A DNA stretch of 64,000 nucleotides, taken from Candidatus Poribacteria bacterium (lineage in GTDB: Bacteria > Poribacteria > WGA-4E > PCPOR2b). This document shows positions 61,905 through 64,000 of the stretch, in pieces. Location: NCBI GenBank assembly GCA_965208675.1, contig OZ242351.1:2272001-2336000 (forward strand), written 5' to 3'. A model generated the notes under the pieces. The model ran no database searches. It was not told where the DNA came from and was given only the letters and a program-made list of their open reading frames with translations. Numbering within the stretch: the stretch's first letter is position 1; every line of letters starts with the position of its first letter. The translations under genes were made by a program, and so were the position numbers.

Positions 61905-62101
61905 TACTGCCCTCCTCTTTGAATATAATTCTCTACAAATTCTTCTGAATCTTCTTCTAAAATTTCGTCAATTTCGTCGAGAAGTTGGTCGAGATCTTCT
62001 TTGATTTCCTCCCCTTGTTCCGTAACTTCCGGATCAGGTTGGATTTCCTCAGCATCTTGAGTCAAGTTATCTTTGTGTTCTTGCTGTTTTTCGGACGGCA
62101 T
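61904..62101 (-). CDS. pup: Prokaryotic ubiquitin-like protein (C-terminal GGQ)
   Basis: Acidic 65 aa; DQLLDEIDEILEE..EEFV..YIQRGGQ; between dop and prcB. Confidence 0.95.
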   Translation of the reverse strand: MPSEKQQEHKDNLTQDAEEIQPDPEVTEQGEEIKEDLDQLLDEIDEILEEDSEEFVENYIQRGGQ

Positions 62102-62116
62102 TTATCTCTCCTCCTT

Positions 62117-63616
62117 TTAAAAATTGTTGTTGGATCCGTGAATTGCATGAACGAGTTCTGATGCCGTACAGGTCCTCAATAGATTGCCCACAATTTCTTG
62201 AGTGCCAAAGTGTGGGCGGTCCATTAAGATTTTGTCTAATGAAGAACCATCAAGTGAAAAAATCATCGAATTCCAACTCGCGCTATGAATTTCGTGCGGG
62301 TATTTTTGCAAACACACACCCCGAAAATAGGCGCGTGTATCAACAGGTGGATGGGTCACAGCATTAACGATTTCCTCATGATTGAGTATTCGTTCGACGC
62401 GGCCGTTTTTGAGTAACCTGACATATAACCCTTTGTTTGGCCGTATGTCGTGGTATTGCAGATCCATCATTCGGACGCGGGGATCCGACCAACTGACACC
62501 GCGACGTTCGATATATGCAGTGATGAGGTTTTTCTTAATCACCCAATCGAGATGCCGATCTAGCAGCATCGGATTGACTTCGAGCTGATTGAGAACAAAC
62601 TCCCATTTGTCCATCACATCCTGCATCACTGGCGTAAAATCCGCCTTAGGAAGATGTTTATGAGCCAGTTCGAGATAAGCCCGCTGCACTTCAATCGGCG
62701 TCCATCGACGTCCATCGTCCAAATCGAGGGGATTTTTACATGATAAATCTCGCGACACCGTTTTAATTGTAGCAACGGGGTCTGAGAGTTTAAATGCATC
62801 CCCACCAACACCCATTTCAATTAATTTCAGCACAATCGACGTGATTCCGACTTTCAAATAGATGGTGAACTCTGACATATTGGAATCACCGACGATTACA
62901 TGCAATCGGCGGTACAATTTTTCATCGGCGTGGGGTTCGTCGCGGGTGTTGATTATCGGACGAGCCACCATGGTGCTCAATCCCACTTCCGTCTCAAAGA
63001 AATCTGCACGCTGCGAGATTTGATAGTCCGTTTCCTCCGCGCCGTTTTCGGCTCCAACTTTTCCGCTGCCGGTGATGATTTGCCGCGTCACTAGAAACGG
63101 GGTTAACCCCGCGACAATGTCCTGAAAAGGAATACTCCGATTCATCAGGTAGTTTTCATGGCTGCCGTAGCTATGACCTTTATAGTCGCTGTTATTCTTA
63201 TATATGATGATGTCTTGGTTAGCCGGCAGCAACTCTTCCGCAGCCATGCGGCTCAAATCTAATATCAGTTCTCCCGCCTTTTCATATTTCACAAGATCTC
63301 GGGCATTTGTACATTCTGGCGTACAATATTCCGGATGGGCATGGTCAATATAATACCGCCCACCGTTAATTAGAATGTCGTTGATGAGACTGTTGTTCTC
63401 TTGATCTGGAGGATTGCTTTCGCCCTCGGATATAAACCCCCTTGCATCCACCAATGGGTTTTCCTGCTCATAATCCCACGTGATGCCCTTCGGCCCCCGA
63501 TCCTTATAGATATTTACGATGAGTGTCGAGGCGGCGACTGGATCCTGATCTCGTGCATTTTTTACCGAAATCCCATACTCGGTTTCGGTTCCCATAATCA
63601 TCGGTGTTGTTGTCAT
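62117..63616 (-). CDS. dop: Pup deamidase/depupylase
   Basis: IMGTETEYGI, WDY..ENP..DARGF, YIDHAHPEY, YKNN.D.KG.SYG.HENY, SQRADFFE..VG. Confidence 0.93.
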   Translation of the reverse strand: MTTTPMIMGTETEYGISVKNARDQDPVAASTLIVNIYKDRGPKGITWDYEQENPLVDARGFISEGESNPPDQENNSLINDILINGGRYYIDHAHPEYCTPECTNARDLVKYEKAGELILDLSRMAAEELLPANQDIIIYKNNSDYKGHSYGSHENYLMNRSIPFQDIVAGLTPFLVTRQIITGSGKVGAENGAEETDYQISQRADFFETEVGLSTMVARPIINTRDEPHADEKLYRRLHVIVGDSNMSEFTIYLKVGITSIVLKLIEMGVGGDAFKLSDPVATIKTVSRDLSCKNPLDLDDGRRWTPIEVQRAYLELAHKHLPKADFTPVMQDVMDKWEFVLNQLEVNPMLLDRHLDWVIKKNLITAYIERRGVSWSDPRVRMMDLQYHDIRPNKGLYVRLLKNGRVERILNHEEIVNAVTHPPVDTRAYFRGVCLQKYPHEIHSASWNSMIFSLDGSSLDKILMDRPHFGTQEIVGNLLRTCTASELVHAIHGSNNNF

Positions 63617-63641
63617 AAGCTAAAAGAATAGATTGACATCT

Positions 63642-64000
63642 TTAAAGGTACGCCCCACCCTTTACAACTCTCACATCTTTCCTCTTGCGATCGGGTTCGT
63701 TCATCAAAGCTCTGATATTGACAATTCGTTCGCCTTTCCGTCCGGAAATCTTTGCCCAATCATCGGGATTCGTTGTGTTTGGTAAATCTTCGTTTTCTTT
63801 ATATTCCTCTCGGATAGCGTGTTGAAGATCCTCAAGCGTAATGCCCCGCTCTGCTTCTTCAGAATTGATTAAGCGCTTGATTGCTATCTTTTTACTTCGA
63901 GCAACGATGTTATCAATCATCGCACCGCTCACAAAATCTTTGAAGTAAAGCGTTTCGCGCTCTCCGCGTGCATAAGTCACTTCGATGAATCTATTGTCTT
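63642..64000 (-). CDS. arc: Proteasome AAA ATPase, C-terminal part (truncated by window edge)
   Basis: [44 protein letters not shown]. Confidence 0.92.
   Translation of the reverse strand, partial: DNRFIEVTYARGERETLYFKDFVSGAMIDNIVARSKKIAIKRLINSEEAERGITLEDLQHAIREEYKENEDLPNTTNPDDWAKISGRKGERIVNIRALMNEPDRKRKDVRVVKGGAYL

Noticed and set aside
61904-62101. UBact rather than Pup
   Set aside because: The LLDEID..LEE..EEFV..Y.Q.GGQ pattern and operon order are Pup-type.

Overview
Bacterial chromosomal window. The host is inferred to be Candidatus Poribacteria or a relative, from a LamG protein with an 'AVxxxGKLATTWxxLK' tail, a membrane-tethered ECF sigma/beta-propeller fusion, and GTAG-type REP repeats; this is not proven. 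Core content: urtDE-ureDABC, rnhA, polA, rsgA, a cis-prenyltransferase, ileS (type 2, GVHH motif), purD, ftsY, leuCD, ppdK, an nfeD-flotillin operon and an actinobacterial-order Pup-proteasome operon (arc-dop-pup-prcB-prcA-pafA; arc cut by the window edge). Two accessory segments (about 12.9-22.1 kb and 47.8-52.2 kb) are punctuated by modular 260-380 bp REP-like elements. Their hairpin loops are expanded to about 72-75 nt of variable sequence, and they bracket single genes. The best leads are: (1) these modular elements; (2) an orphan ~200-nt promoter-to-terminator RNA with a 38-nt tandem repeat and a 5' anti-repeat, divergent from a stand-alone UvrD-like helicase; (3) a complete Ile-codon leader-peptide attenuator upstream of ileS; (4) two genes each broken by one in-frame stop (a HEPN-like gene just before its RxxxxH motif, and a flotillin). 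I recognised no rRNA, tRNA, CRISPR array, transposase or integrase. All family calls are by eye from motifs; no searches were run.
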